A program made the translations under genes and the position numbers. A model generated the notes under the pieces. That model saw only the letters and a list, made by a program, of their open reading frames with translations, searched no databases and was not told where the DNA came from. A stretch of 64,000 nt of DNA from Octopus vulgaris (taxonomy: Eukaryota), in assembly GCA_951406725.2 (NCBI GenBank), contig OX597831.1:36642001-36706000 (forward strand), in the 5' to 3' direction. Shown piece by piece: positions 1 through 13,256 of this stretch; the first letter of the stretch is position 1, and each line of letters opens with the position of its first letter.

Positions 1-3
1 ACA

Positions 4-410
4 AAGGCAGCGAGCTGGTAGAATCATTAGCACTTTGGGAGAAATGCTTAGTAGTATTTCGTCTGTCTTTACATTCTGAGTTCAAATTCCATTGAGATCG
101 ACTTTCCTTTCATCCTTTTGAGGTAGACAAATTAAGTCCCAGTTGTGTACTGGGGTCAATCTAATAGACTGGCTCCCTCCCACAAAATTTCAGACTTTGT
201 GCCCAGAGTAGAAGAGATTATAGTAAGGTGGCAAGCTGGTAGAAATGTTAGCACGCTGGGTGAAATGCTTAGCAGCATTTAGTCTGTCTTTACATTCTGA
301 GTTTCAAATTCCACCGAGGTCTACTTTCCTTTCATCCTTTTGGGATAGGTAAATTAAGTACCAGTTGTATACTGGAGTCGATCTAATTGACTGGCTCCCT
401 CCACCAAAAA
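4..410 (+). mobile_element. SINE family A, two head-to-tail units (tRNA-like head, Meta/MESC-like central domain)
   Basis: Repeated unit aaggcggcgagctggcagaa..gttagcacgccgggcgaaatgcttagc..ctgagttcaaattcc..gtcgactttgcctttcatcctttcggggtcgataaattaagtaccag. Other approximate copies: 2643-2838(-), 4543-4782, 8078-8520, 9057-9283, 10225-10415(-), 31621-31740, 39055-39243, 40622-40988, 52478-52685, 52710-52910. The domain name is recalled, not searched. Confidence 0.85.
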
Positions 411-1164
411 TTTGATTAATTCTCATAGTAAGGAAAATCAAAATGCTATGCCTGCTGTAGTTCAACACTATAAGCAGTTGGAGCATTGTATAACTGATGA
501 GTGCTTTGACAGGTTCCAAGGCTTTTGAAAAGAGGTTTCTTCCAGCCAAACTGAATAACATGATGACAAAGACATCAAGTAGGGCCACTGTGGCTCAATA
601 TTAATAGATGTATCATAGCTATATGTGATGCTGGGACATTCATGCCTATCTTATTTAGCAATGAGTAAAAACCCAAAATGCCTTACAACACAGTCATAAA
701 GAGAATAAGTCTGGTTTTATTAACGTACATTGATTTTGTGCAAAACCCAAATAGAAGAGAATTGCTAACTTTGCGGTTAACTTATGTAGAGACTAATAAA
801 TATATCTGATCAATCATTAAAAAAAAAGGTAGAAAAAAGGTAGAAAAAAGAATAAAACAAAACTCACTAGCTATTGATTTTTGTAGTAGTTTCATAACGA
901 ATAATAAATATTAATAAATATCGTTAGATAATCATATTAAATGATCAGTGATTCTGCAAAATATTTCTTTGACAGTGTGTATGAGTAAATAAATGTTTTA
1001 TAGAAACCTATTATAAAATATTTCCTCTCCTTATCACACAATATGATTAATATATTTTTTCCAGAGTCCTTAGATTTTTCTCAGAAGTGATGACAAATGT
1101 AATTGCTGTCTCTCTGGAGGATAAACTTTATGATATTCATTTATAAATTTTCTGTAAATAATTT

Positions 1165-1546
1165 AAACTGGCTTCCGTAGTGGTTGCATGTAAAAAGCAC
1201 CATTCGAGCATGATCATTACCAGCATCATCTTACTGGCACTTGTGCCGGTGGCATGTGAAAAAACATTCGAGCGAGGTCGTTGCCAGTGTTGCTGAACTG
1301 GCTCCTGTGCAGGTGGCATGTAAAAAACACCATTTGAGCATAGCCGTTGCCAGTACTGCCTGACTGGCCCTCGTGCCGGTGGCACGTAAAAGCACCCACT
1401 ACACTCTTGGAGTGGTTGGCGTTAGGAAGGGCATCCAGCTGTAGAAATTCTGCCAGATCGAGATTGGAGCCTAATGCAGCCATCTGGTTCGCCAGTCCTC
1501 AGTCAAATCGTCCAACCCATGCAAGCATGGAAAGCAGACGTTAAAC

Positions 1547-1577
<31 letters not shown>
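1165..1577 (+). mobile_element. Family C retroposon (SINE or RTE-type 3' tail) with internal ~65-bp tandem repeats and (GAT)n tail
   Basis: About four gtggca(c/t)gtaaaaagcacc-type units, then ggttggcgttaggaagggcatccagctgtagaaa..catggaaagcagacgttaaac(gat)n. Other copies near 8950-9400, 13528-13745(-), 21250-21395, 22560-22980(-), 32250-32430(-), 57320-57556(-), 59205-59560(-). Confidence 0.75.
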
Positions 1578-1579
<2 letters not shown>

Positions 1580-2399
1580 GGACAATGCCCACAACCATTT
1601 CACACTTTCTGAAGAATGGTGAGATTGTTGCAGTTGAAAGTTAAATTTCAACATCATTGGTTCAATATCTGCTGACAAAAAAGAGCACACAGTAAAAACA
1701 AGGGCAAAGAGGGAATTCCAAAAGGCTGCAGATCATATGAGAGAAAATGTTCAGCATAGCACGGGCTGTAAGATGATGTACAGGCAGGGCTGGCTGAAGG
1801 CACTGGCAACTCAGGCAGTTACCCAGGGCACCATGTGCTAGGGGTTACCAAGGAGGGTGTGATAAAGACAAGGAAATTTTCAGGACCGTCAGCTTGTACA
1901 TGCCAAAGTTCAGCTTGCATGGGACACCAGCAACCCTAGGGTGCAAGAGAATAGACAGGAGAGTTTGGGGGGAAAATAGAAGAGATAGGGGGATTTTTGT
2001 GGGGAGGGTATTCAGCTGGTTATGTTTAGTGGTGAATGAAAAAGTAAAGAGACAAAACCGAACATCTGGAAGTGAGTTGGTGAATCATGTTGATTAAGAA
2101 ATAATTAAGCAGTCAATGTAGCTGGTATGCAAGTACAAAAAATTAAAAGCTAATTAGCTTCAAGAAAAGCTTTTGGCTAATATATATGTGTGTGTGTGTA
2201 TATATATTAATATATGTACGTATATATATATATATATACATACATGCATACGTACATACATATGTACATACATACATGCATACATACATACCTGCATATA
2301 TTAAATTGCTTAATGAATACATACAAAATTCACTTTGAATAGGTACGAAAATTTCCCCAAAGGAAATGATTCTTTACAGATATATGATAAGTTATGTAA

Positions 2400-3900
2400 A
2401 ACTCAAGTAGTAATTTAAATACACTTCATTCCATAAAACTTCTTGAATGACTTTTAATCTGGGTGATGTATGAAGTACAGTTTCAAATACTGGCTTCACC
2501 AAAATGCCTTAATATTTTTCTTTCAGTTCTATATATATTTAGTATGATGGCATTTCACAAGTAACAACCAGCCAAACAGAAGGAAATAGGTCAGTATGTC
2601 TGATCAAGCCTTGTAGTCAACCTTCATTGATAATACAAACTCTGGCCTGAAAATTTTGGGGAGGAGGCCAGTCGATTAGATCGACCCCAGTGTGCAACTG
2701 GTACTTAATTTATCGACCCTGAAAGGATGAAAGGCAAAGTCGACCTCAGTAAAATTTGAACTCAAAACATAAAGACAGACAGAATACCGCTAAGCATTTC
2801 GCCCAGCATGCTAACGTTTCTGGCGGCTTGCTGCCTTACAAATTCTAAATATTACACACAGACTGATTTAGGAAAATATTCTGCATTGGAAAGAAATTTG
2901 ATAGTTTTGACTGTGCCAATAGAATTAATTCCAGGAAGTGCAATTTGATCATTCACAACAATATCTAGTTTAGGTGCAGCACAATGAACAAAAATGCAGC
3001 TTTTAGATATACCCTTTACCGTAGCTTTCAAAGCACCCTCCTTGGCCAGATTTTATATACTTAAATTTTCTAAATTTAATCCAAATTTTCTAAATTCAAT
3101 CCAAGTTTTCAAAACTGATCAATAATTGCATTGGCAACAGAGACCATATCCAATTCTTTTACTGTTGTAAAGCCAGGGAATTCCTTTTGAATAATGTTAT
3201 CAGATTTAATTGGCATCAACAGAATGTATGCCAAGTATGGAATACTCTCATCCCAAGAATGTCAAAACTTTCATCAGCAATTATTGAAAATCCATGAGAA
3301 ATATTGACCACAGAAACAATATCCTTTCTTATATTTTCTTCACTCTCTTGGATCAGTTCAATTTGCACATGAATAGATGCATAGTGATTAAATGTTGAAT
3401 TTTCTAAATGATCTTGTAACATCCTATCTCTAACTTGAAAATGGAACCTATATTAGAAGCTTTGTAACTTTCCAGTTATGCTTTCTTCTCCATGTAAGCC
3501 ACATAAAATTGGTGAGAGCTTTAGAAATAATTTCTTTAGATTTTCCTCCACCAGTCATTTCACAGCATTGACAAGCTGACACACTCGATTCTTTTCTACC
3601 TCGATTCTCATGGCCATAATGTTTACTGCAGCCACTTCATCATCTCAGTGCCATTTACTTGATGCAAGTCTCTTTGCATGGTCATGAAAGACATATTCTA
3701 TAAAAGGTGGGATGATAAAGGTGCTTTAAAATCCAGCTTGAACAGGTTCTGCAATGATTATGCAGAACTAACTGAATGTTACTTTCATGTACAGAAAATA
3801 GTCAAGCCTTGGTAAATATTTGCTTAACCACATCTCATGATATCCAAATGGCCCTTTTTGCAACATGTTTGAAATCATAATTTGCTGGATGTATCTAACA
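2400..3900 (-). pseudogene. Decayed hAT transposase (ZMYM1/DUF4371-like), interrupted by a SINE A
   Basis: ORF 3216-3422 reads YASIHVQIELI..IRKDIVSVVN..GFSIIADESFDI. Downstream frames give KEFPGF and IFVHCAAPKLDIVVND (the CxxH motif region). Many stops and frameshifts. A hAT-like end (cagggctggctgaagg) at ~1785 may belong to it. Confidence 0.75.
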
Positions 3901-4185
3901 TTTTACAAGAACATTGAGGTTGAGATAATCTGTGAATTTGCTTGATAATTTAACACCAAACCCTATATCATTACAATCAACAAAACTACAATATTCACAT
4001 TCACTATTATCACCTGCACAGGTATGGTTCAAAGATAATATTTTGTTTGTTGTGCAAGTTCATTTTTCATTTATTTTGAGTATTTGTTACTTGAAACTTC
4101 CTTTTCCTTCAATTTTCTTTTACATAAAATTTCTAAAGTCCATTCTTAAATTTATGTGCATATATATATATATGTGTGTGTGTGT

Positions 4186-4492
4186 GAGGAGGCACAATGA
4201 CCTTCCTAACTACTCGCAGTAGTTTTAGGATCGTGGTTTCGATTCCCAGACCGGGTGTTGTGCGTATTTACTGAGCAAAAGCATCTAAAGCTCCACAAGG
4301 CTCTGGCAGGGGCTGGTGGCGATCCCTGCTGTACTCTTTTGCCACAACATTCTCCACTCTTTCTTCTGTTGGCCTGCTCACTTAGCCAGCGGGGTGGCAT
4401 CATTTGAAGGCTAAAACAATGTGAAGGGCATTGTGACCAGCGATGTGCAACAACATCTGATAGCCTGGTCAGTCACAGTGATCATGGTGATA
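4186..4492 (+). mobile_element. SINE family D (tRNA-derived head)
   Basis: ggaggcacaatg..ggtttcgattcccagaccggg B-box head followed by aaagctccac..ctgtactcttt. Related heads and bodies at 38724-39025(+) and 44080-44462(-); tail-related copy at 17990-18290(-). Confidence 0.75.
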
Positions 4493-4868
4493 TATATATA
4501 TAAATGTGTGTGTGTGTGTGCATGTACATATAAATAGAAATAAAAGGCGGCGAACTGGCAGAAACGTTAGCATGCCGGGCGAAAATGCTTTGCGGTATTT
4601 CGTCTGCCGTTACGTTCTGAGTTCAAATTCCGCCAAGGTCGACTTTGCCTTTCATCCTTTCGGAGTCGATTAAATAAGTACCAGTTACGCACTGGGGTCG
4701 ATATAATCGACTTAATCCGTCTGTCTGTCCTTGTTTGTCCCCTTTATGTTTAGCCCCTTGTGGGCAGTAAAGAAATAAGAAATATTATTCAGTTCTATAT
4801 TTAAGAGATGAGGAATTATGTACATTATTTACATTTGACAGATATTAGTCCTCATCTTGTTTGTTCTT

Positions 4869-4914
4869 AACACAATGTTTCAGCTGATATACTCTCCAGC
4901 CTTCATCAGGTGTC
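4869..4914 (-). ncRNA. Type I minimal hammerhead ribozyme motif (CUGAUGA core)
   Basis: Minus strand: gacac CTGATGA a ggctg(gagagtatat)cagct GAAA ca TT gtgtt. Stems I and II pair; stem III CG appears decayed to CA. A 3' half of the same family is at ~22979-23066(+). Confidence 0.7.
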
Positions 4915-5166
4915 TATAACTGAGATTAGTTTATTCGTGAGTTTATTAGGTTTTTATAGCCATTTTATATCTTAATAGATAAATACATCTATCTATTTTT
5001 ACCTTAAAAATTAATACTTAACATTACAATTGGATTGTATGACATAATCCTAATCGTTAAAGTTTCAAATTTGATAATAGAGTTTTTTATAAGAAAAATT
5101 ATTATTTATTTATTTCTTAAAAAATTTTGTTTAAATATATTTGCTTATTTATTTAACTATTATCTT

Positions 5167-5266
5167 TAACCTGAAGATTGACTATGATTATAATTCGAAT
5201 TTTTAATTGAATTTAAATTATTGTAATTCGAATTGGGTTATGACCATGAAACATACGTAATGGTTT
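5167..5266 (+). ncRNA. Degenerate hammerhead motif with long stem II
   Basis: aac CTGAAGA ttg..aattcgaat..attcgaatt..cat GAAA catacg TA atggtt. Same CTGAAGAttg..catGAAAc..cgTA frame as the 54588 motif, but pairing is imperfect. Confidence 0.4.
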
Positions 5267-5670
5267 TACTTATTATATTATATTAAACTTTTTAATACCT
5301 TTTTGATATTATATAAAAAATAAATAAATAAATATAAATATTAAAAAATTAAAAGTTAAAAAATTTATAAATTTAAAATTTTAAAAATATAAAAAAATAT
5401 AAAATTTATAAATATAAATTAAAAATTTTAAATTTAAATAATTTAATTTTTAATTTTATATTTTATATATTTTGTATATTATATTAATTATATTTATTTT
5501 TATGTTTTGGTTTATGTTTTGCACTGTTTGCCTAATAGTGGTTTTATCTCTAATTTAATATATATATATATAGTTAATCCAAACATGAAAGTACAAAAAA
5601 ACACAACAATGTGAGGATGTGGAACAAATATAGTATTATTGGACGCTCAGGAAAGAAGGAAAGAAGGAGG

Positions 5671-5705
5671 GTTTAACATTTCGAGCGGAGCTCTTCGTCA
5701 GAAAC
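5671..5705 (-). ncRNA. Type I minimal hammerhead ribozyme motif (CUGACGA core)
   Basis: Minus strand: gttt CTGACGA a gagc(tcc)gctc GAAA tg TT aaac, inside a ~200-bp element flanked by (TA)n on both sides. A decayed relative lies at ~7173-7206(+). Confidence 0.75.
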
Positions 5706-5773
5706 ATAGGAGAAGGAATGATCCAGAGAAGGGAAGAAAGAGGGAAAAAAAATCGCCAACGGTACACATGCGG

Positions 5774-5822
<49 letters not shown>

Positions 5823-6051
5823 GGACTATAACACCAAAACTTACAGGGAAAAATTCAATTAGTATTAAATCAAATTTCACATTATAGATATATAATATGA
5901 AACAATGATAGACATAAACCAAACCATAAATAAAAAATAAAATATATTTTAAAACATAACTAGACCACAAAAGTACAAAAAGGAATAAAGAATATATAAT
6001 AATATATTGCATAATAGTGGTTTTTTCTCTAATTGATATATATAAATATTT

Positions 6052-6096
<45 letters not shown>

Positions 6097-6201
6097 ATTG
6101 GCTTCTTTCAGTTTTATTAACATTACGATTTGTGATATGTAAATATCTAGAAAAGACAGATAAATTTAATGAAACAAAAATTAACCACAAAAATAATAGG
6201 G

Positions 6202-6329
6202 TTATTACTTTTTAGTGGATAATATATCGGTTTGTAGTTATTAATTTTTAATTCTTAATTAGATAACCCTAATTAAGAATTAAAGATTAATAACTACAAA
6301 CCGATATATTCTCCACTAAAAAGTAATAA
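6202..6329. repeat. Near-perfect inverted repeat, ~61-bp arms, 6-nt spacer
   Basis: ttattactttttagtgga..ttcttaattag / ataacc / ctaattaagaa..tccactaaaaagtaataa. Confidence 0.9.
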
Positions 6330-6718
6330 ATATCTTAATTGAAACTTAATAATATGATTATGCGGTAATATCAAATGAAAATAAAAATAAAAATAAAATC
6401 TTTTGCTTAGAAAATAGCCTTCTACAAGTAAAGCAGTTGAACGGAGAAAGAGAAAGAATAGTATCATTGAGGGAAGAGGAGGGACAATAGTAATGCAGTG
6501 AAGGAGAGGCAGAGAGAGTAATAGCCATGACTGAAAGAGTGAGAGAAAGTAATGACTGTTTGAGAAAGATTAATGCGGAGTGCATCTTCTGTTCTCAACA
6601 TATGAATGAGAATGGAAGGGGTGAATAAAGTAAAGAAAACAGCCATTCAACTCTGTGTGAGTATATGTGTATATGTGTGTGTATGAAAAAGGGAGGTATG
6701 TGAATGTTTGTGTGTGTA

Positions 6719-6772
<54 letters not shown>

Positions 6773-7471
6773 TGTGAATGTATGAATGGAAACGTTTCTA
6801 TGTGTACAAAATAGAAAAGTACAACTCTGAAAATAAAAACTGATTTCTTCCCAATTTTGTTTGAGTATGTGTATGCATGTGTGTGATTGGGAAATATGTG
6901 AATGCTTGTATCTGCGATTGTTTAGTACTTCATTTTGTACCTCGTTTGAATTACAATTAGCCATCAATTATAAATAGCACGGGGTCAGCTAGTAAATAAA
7001 TATAGAAATGTCAAAACGGTAGTAAGATAATTAAATAAATTAAATATAAAAATCCACCACCTGACAATCACAGATGAACCAAAATTAAAATACTCACAAT
7101 ATCTTACAAATTAAATTTTTTAAAAAATCCACGAGATTTTTTATTCTCTCTCTGTTTATTTTCTCTTATTCCTTTCTGTTGAAGAGCATAGGTTTGAAAG
7201 AAAAGACTTCCACACTTTCCTGAGCATCAAACTAATACACTCGTTGGTTGTTCATTCATCTGTCTTCATCTTTTGTTTATCTATGAACTTCGACAATATA
7301 TATATAATCCTAATATTTTCAATGAACTTTTTATTATTTTCTCAAGATTTTCCCTTGTAAACTGTTTTAACATTTTTCTTATTATTATCAAAGAACGTAT
7401 ATATGCATTGTAATATTTTGTGACAACCAGTACTTAACACAACAAAGTTTTTTACAAAGCTTTTACATTTT

Positions 7472-7513
7472 ACTTTTGACAATCTTTTTCTAAAAATGTG
7501 AAACCGGTCAAGT
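7472..7513 (+). ncRNA. Hammerhead motif, U3-A8 variant core, GUC site
   Basis: actt TTGACAA tctttttctaaaaatgt GAAA ccgg TC aagt: 4-bp stem I, weak A-U stem II, palindromic stem III; (TA)n starts ~40 bp downstream. Confidence 0.65.
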
Positions 7514-7550
7514 GAATAAACACCTTTTAAAATTGCATTTTCAAACCTTC

Positions 7551-7606
<56 letters not shown>

Positions 7607-7892
7607 CAAATAAGAAAATGGAGGAACAGATTCCTTTCAATCATCAACTTACAGATAATACCAATTCATATTATTTATTAACTACTTAAATAGGAACATC
7701 CAAATCCAACAGAATAAAACAGAAGAAAACAATATACATCAATAAGTAAGATAATACCATAAAAATAATATATATATATACACACACAAACATACACATA
7801 TACATAATGCCAATACATTCCAAGCTATCACAAATAATACAGGTTCAGAGTTTGTAGAATTAACTTGTATTTAAATAAAAGAGATCCGAACA

Positions 7893-8010
7893 AGTGAAAA
7901 GCAGATTGTGTGATGTCTGTATATACAGCAATACCACATTGTGGTGAGACTTGGGCCTTGGATGTAGAGAACATGCAAAAACTAGAGAGGACTGAAGCCA
8001 GTATGCTCCC
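7893..8010 (+). mobile_element. RTE-clade LINE fragment (post-RT region)
   Basis: VKSRLCDVC / TAIPHCGETWALDVENMQKLERTEASML matches the RTE motif LYGSETW..LERxExxMLR. Confidence 0.7.
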
Positions 8011-10674
8011 TCTCTTCTGTTGTTCCTACCCCTTGCACATCCTTTTACTACTTTCTGTTTTATTCTCCTTCCTAAGTCAAGGTGGTAACCTGGCAGAATC
8101 GTTAGCACGCCGGGTGAAATACTTAGCGGTATTTTGTCTGCCGTTGCATTCTGAGTTCAAATTCCACCAAGGTCGACTTTGCCTTTCATCCTTTCAGGGT
8201 CGATTAAATAAGTATCATTTATGCACTGTGGTCGATGTAATCGATTTAATCTTTTTGTCTGTCCTTGTTTGTCCCCTCTATGTTTAGCCCCTTGTGGGCA
8301 ATAAAGAAATAAGAAATATTAGCATGCTGTGTGAAATGCGTAGCAGTATTTTGTCTGTGTTTACATTCTGAGGTCAAATTCCACCGAGGTTGGTTTTGCC
8401 TTTCATCCTTTTGGGGTCTATAAATTAAGTACCAGTTGTGTATTGAGGTCGATCTACATTCTGAGGTCAAATTCCACCGAGGTTGGTTTTGCCTTTCATC
8501 CTTTTGGGGTCTATAAATTTCACCATGTGCCTGGAGTAAAAAGATTCTCTTTCCTGAGTCACTCCATATTTCCAATATTATCCCCCTACATACAAATATT
8601 TCCTATTATATGCACCCACACCTTTACTCACTACATTAACATTAATTTCTATCTCAACCTGTTTCCTCCCTCCTCACACTCTTATGAAAGCATCCCCTCT
8701 CTCTTTCCCACCCATGTCCTCTCTCAAGCTTGTCTTCTTGCTCCTTGACAGTTTGCTTTAATACCCCCCTCACCTCACTTCCTTCTTCTTCTCTCCTCTG
8801 TAGCAAACACCTGTGCCTATCTCTCAATCATGCTTTAGCCTTTCAACACCTGGCATACAGACACCCACCTCTGCCTTCCTGTCCCAAATACTTCTTAGTA
8901 ACAATAGCCTTTTCCTTTACCATTTTCTTTGTTCTTTTCTATCTTTCAAGTCACATGACGACCTCAAAATTGCTAGTGGTTTGATAAAAAAGCACCCAGT
9001 ACACTCTGTAAAGTGGTTGGCATCAGGAAGGGCATCCAGATGTCGATACCATCCCTAGGCAGCAAAATATTAGCACTCTGGGCGAAATGCTTAGAGGTAT
9101 TTCGTCTGCCATTATATTCTGAGTTCAAATTCCGCCGAGGTCAACTTTGCCTTTCATCCTTTCGGGGTCAGTTAAATAAGTACCAGTTACACACCGGGGT
9201 CGATATAATCAACTTATTCCCTTAGTCTATCCTTGTTTGGCCCACTCTATGTTTAGCCCCTTGTGGGCAATTAAGAAATAAGAGACGGTGCCTAACATGA
9301 CAGGGGTGCTCGATATAGTTCTGCAACTGACTGGTTCCCTGTTAAACCAACTTATCTATACATGTCAGCGTGGAAATCAGATATTAAATGATGATGATGA
9401 TATGTGTGTATGTATGTATTTTCTGTTTTTGATTATTTAAATTCTTCCTTTGAAGGAAGGGCTGGTTTCTAGCAAAGATACAAAGCTCCATCATTGGACT
9501 GTAAATAACAAAAGTAACGTCACATTTAAAACCAGAGAAAAGACTTGGCATTTACTTACAAAACCAAGTACCCCATCACCTTCATCACCGATAAACTGAA
9601 AAGATTTTCAAAATTCTTTAAGGGTTTTTGAACACGAGAGGAGTTCTAACAGGTTTTGTCAGAGAAATTTCATCAAATCATTATTACGAAACACATTACG
9701 ATTTTAACGAAAATTCCTTTCTGTGAACAATTTCAAACCATTTTTGTTCTCATAAAGATTCTTAAGTAAAAAATGCAATGCAATGAAACATTGATATGTT
9801 TAAAATACAAACTCACAGACCCTCCCCAAAAAAACCCAAAAAAAAAAAACAATAAAAGATAATTTTGTTTGTTCATAATAACTTCCATTATTAATTATTA
9901 ATAGTGTGCTATTTTAAATAATTAAACGTTATAATTGCACAAGACTTAAAAAATATATGTCATTAATTTAATTCATTAATTTCCTTTATAAAAGACTGTT
10001 TTCTGTTTAAAGTTTGTTTTGATTAAGTAAACACAATAATGAAAATATTTTTTATCCAAATTTTAGAAAATTTCAGAAGCTGTAATCAAGACTAACATTC
10101 TTACTTTGTCTATTTTTTTCGGCAAAAAAAAAAAAAATCAAAACGTTTTAATGAGTCTACTCTCAGATTTGCCAATTATGTGAACAACTTACATTCATTA
10201 GCAGTTTCTTTCAGTTCCTAATTTTAGTACAAGGCCTGAAATGTAGGATGGAGGTTAGTTGATAGTGTCAACCACAATGCTTGACTGGTACTTTATTTTA
10301 TCAACCCTCAAGGAATGAAAAACGAAGTTGGCCTTGAAGGGATTTCAATTCACGACTTAAAGGAAGACAGAATATTTACCATAATTTGTCCAATGCTTCA
10401 ATGATTTTTGCCAATCAACAAATAATGTGTTAAAATTATCATTCACCAGGACAATCATGAAACACTTTAAAATTTCTTACATATTTCTGTCTTCCAGGAA
10501 GATTAACTGGATCCAAAACAGGAGCCTTACCATAATGGAGTCTTGAAGAGAACTGAAGTGAATTGGTTGTGAACAATTCTCTGCCTTTCACAAATTAATT
10601 GCTATGTTCTTAAACTCTCAAGTCATCTCAATTTATGAGCTGTGGTCTATCTTAAGTTGTCAGATTCTGGTTGG

Positions 10675-11110
10675 CAGGAGTGGCTGTGTGGTAAGTAGCT
10701 TGCTTACCAACCACATGGTTCTGGGTTCTGTCCCACTGCATGGCACCTTGGGCAAGTGTCTTTTTCTATAACCTCGGGCTGACCAAAGCCTTTTGAGTGG
10801 ATTTGGTAGACAGAAACTGAAAGAAGTCCGTCATGTATACACACGCACACACAAACACACACAAACACACACACACACACACACACATATATGTTTGTAT
10901 ATGTTTGTGTGTCCGTGTTTGTCCCCATAACATTGCTTGATAACTGATTATGGTTTGTTTATGTCCCTGTCACTAGGCGGTTCGGCCTGAGAGACCGATA
11001 GAATAAGTACTAGGCTTACAAAGAATAAGTCTTGGGGTCGATTTGCTCGACTAAAGGCAGTGTTCCAGCATGGCTGCAGTCAAATGACTGAAACAAATTA
11101 AAGAAAAAAT
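10675..11110 (+). mobile_element. SINE family B (tRNA head, CORE-like domain, internal microsatellite, LINE-like tail)
   Basis: ggagtggctgtgtggtaag..gggttc..ccttgggcaagtgtc..(CA/TG)n..ccagcatggc..cagtcaaatgactgaaac. Other copies: 14072-14450, 16515-16640, 30345-30760, 30885-31080(-), 45360-45510(-), 49900-50182, 55940-56315(-), 59716-60120(-), 62885-63090(-). Confidence 0.85.
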
Positions 11111-13256
11111 ATTAAAGAAAAGATTCAATACCAATTTGATCCCAATCTCATAATACAAAGTGACTCAAGTTCATCAAGCAACTTACCATACAACTCATCC
11201 TGTTTCAAGCAGACAACTGATAGTAATTACTGACAAACCTTAGGGTTTTCTCTTGCCTTCTTTTAAAGCTGAGGTGAGGGACAACGGAGCTATTCCCCTT
11301 CTCACAGCAGACAGCCATGGTGTGTATTTAATAATGTAAACATTTTCCTCCCACCCAAAACACAAGTAAATTCCATGAAACCATTAACGATTATAAGCAT
11401 CAATATAAGGTACGAAACGAAGAGGAAATAACTTCAAAACACCGAGGAAAAAATTATGAGAACTAACTGAAATGAATGAAATGTATTCAGAAAATAGAAA
11501 AATGATAGAGTCAGTAAAAGTAAATTATAAAGATATAAAAAAATAAGCAAGAAGTTTCGGAAATATCTGAGAAATACTGGAAGACACAGAAATGAGGAAA
11601 TATTAGAAACACTAAAAATGATTTTAAGTAACTAAAAGGTTTTAAAGTAAGAGAGCAAAAGGACTGGAAAGGAATAATGGCTAAAAATACTGAGTGACAA
11701 ATTGGAAAAAAAATATTGAAACTATAGAAAAATAAATGAAAATTGCTGAAACTATTTGAAATCAATGAAGAGGTAAAAAAAAAAAATATTCGTTACTGAA
11801 ACACAAGAAGCAAACTCTGAAAAAGATAAGAAAATCCCAAATATGACCTAGAAGGATTGAAAACAGCTAAAAAGCTCCAAAAATTATGGAACAAGACTCG
11901 GAAATGAATGAAACTGATAAAAATTATTGAAATGCAACAGGAAAAAATAAATAAAGGCACCGAAATAGTTGGAGAAAATGGAAAATGTCATGAAAATGAG
12001 TGAAACAATAGAAAATTTGAAAAATAATGGGGAAAAAATGCTGAATGAAACAGACAAGGAATGAACACAGTTGAAAGGAATTTAAAAGAACAATGAAATA
12101 TTGAAAATACTCAAAAGAAAATTACAAAAAAGATTTTAAATTTCTGAAAAAGAAGTGAAAAATACATCATTGCAAAAATTTAGTATGTGCAATAGGCATG
12201 TGTAAATGTATTTCATTTTTCAATGTGTTTGTAAGTATTTAATTAAAAGTTTCCAATCATACCATGGAAAACTTAAACCATTATGCTTCTTTTTTTAAAA
12301 TCAATGTTAATACTCGCACATGGGTTTTGAAAGAAGCTAAAGATATTAAAAATGTAATAAATTAGAATGGGATTTCTAACCATGGAGAAGTTGATCATAG
12401 AAAAGTCCTTTTAGTTATTAAATTCATTTTTCCTTCGTAAAATGAAAAATGGAAGAAAAAAAAGGAAAGAAAGACAGAAATAAAAACTGGAGATGAAAGT
12501 ATATGGTTATAAAAAAAAAAATGAGAAAAATCCTCATGGAATTACAGAAAATTTTCACAATATGCCAGTTCATGAGTGATATCAATGTAAGAGAAAAATA
12601 GATGGCAAAATATCAATTTGCTTCAGCAACTCTTATTGGCTTATTCTCAGAAACATATTTTTCTTTTCCAAAAGGTAATTTTTCTCAATAAATCAAAACT
12701 TGTGTGAAAGGGTCACTTATTCATGCTTTATTTCTCAGAATTTATTGACAGCCCATGAATATTAGGAATTCACAAAGCTATCCTTTTGCAGAAACGCATT
12801 CGTGAATTTCTCCAACACACTTTGAAATCAATGCTACAACAACAGAAGAAATTACACACACATATCTCCAAACTTCTGGTATTTTTTTCAGGGAATATAT
12901 TCCTGATACATATAGAATCAACTGACAAACCTATCATAAGAATCAGCTTAACAAACCCAAGAACTAATAAATTTATCTAACACCTTATCTATTTCTGATA
13001 ATGTTAGCATGTACAATAATCCTTTCACAAACCATTGGGATTCATAAGGCCAATGTTAGTGTTAAGCAAAGTGGGGATAGCATAAGAGTCTGTCAAAAGT
13101 CATATTTTCAAAAGACGTAGCCTATATTCTGCGGTTAAGTAAAACTGTAACAGGCAATATAAAGTCTCTTTCACAGTGACAAATGAAATGTTTTCAATGC
13201 ATTATGATCTCATGGTAGCTGTGTCAGAAGATTTATCTATTTAATATTATCATCAT

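Noticed and set aside
5280-5505. Almost pure A/T stretch with loose inverted symmetry
   Set aside because: Low complexity makes apparent pairing expected by chance.
11400-12180. Long A/G-rich strand-biased tract with many GAAA words
   Set aside because: No clear period, ORF or stems; treated as degenerate low-complexity sequence.
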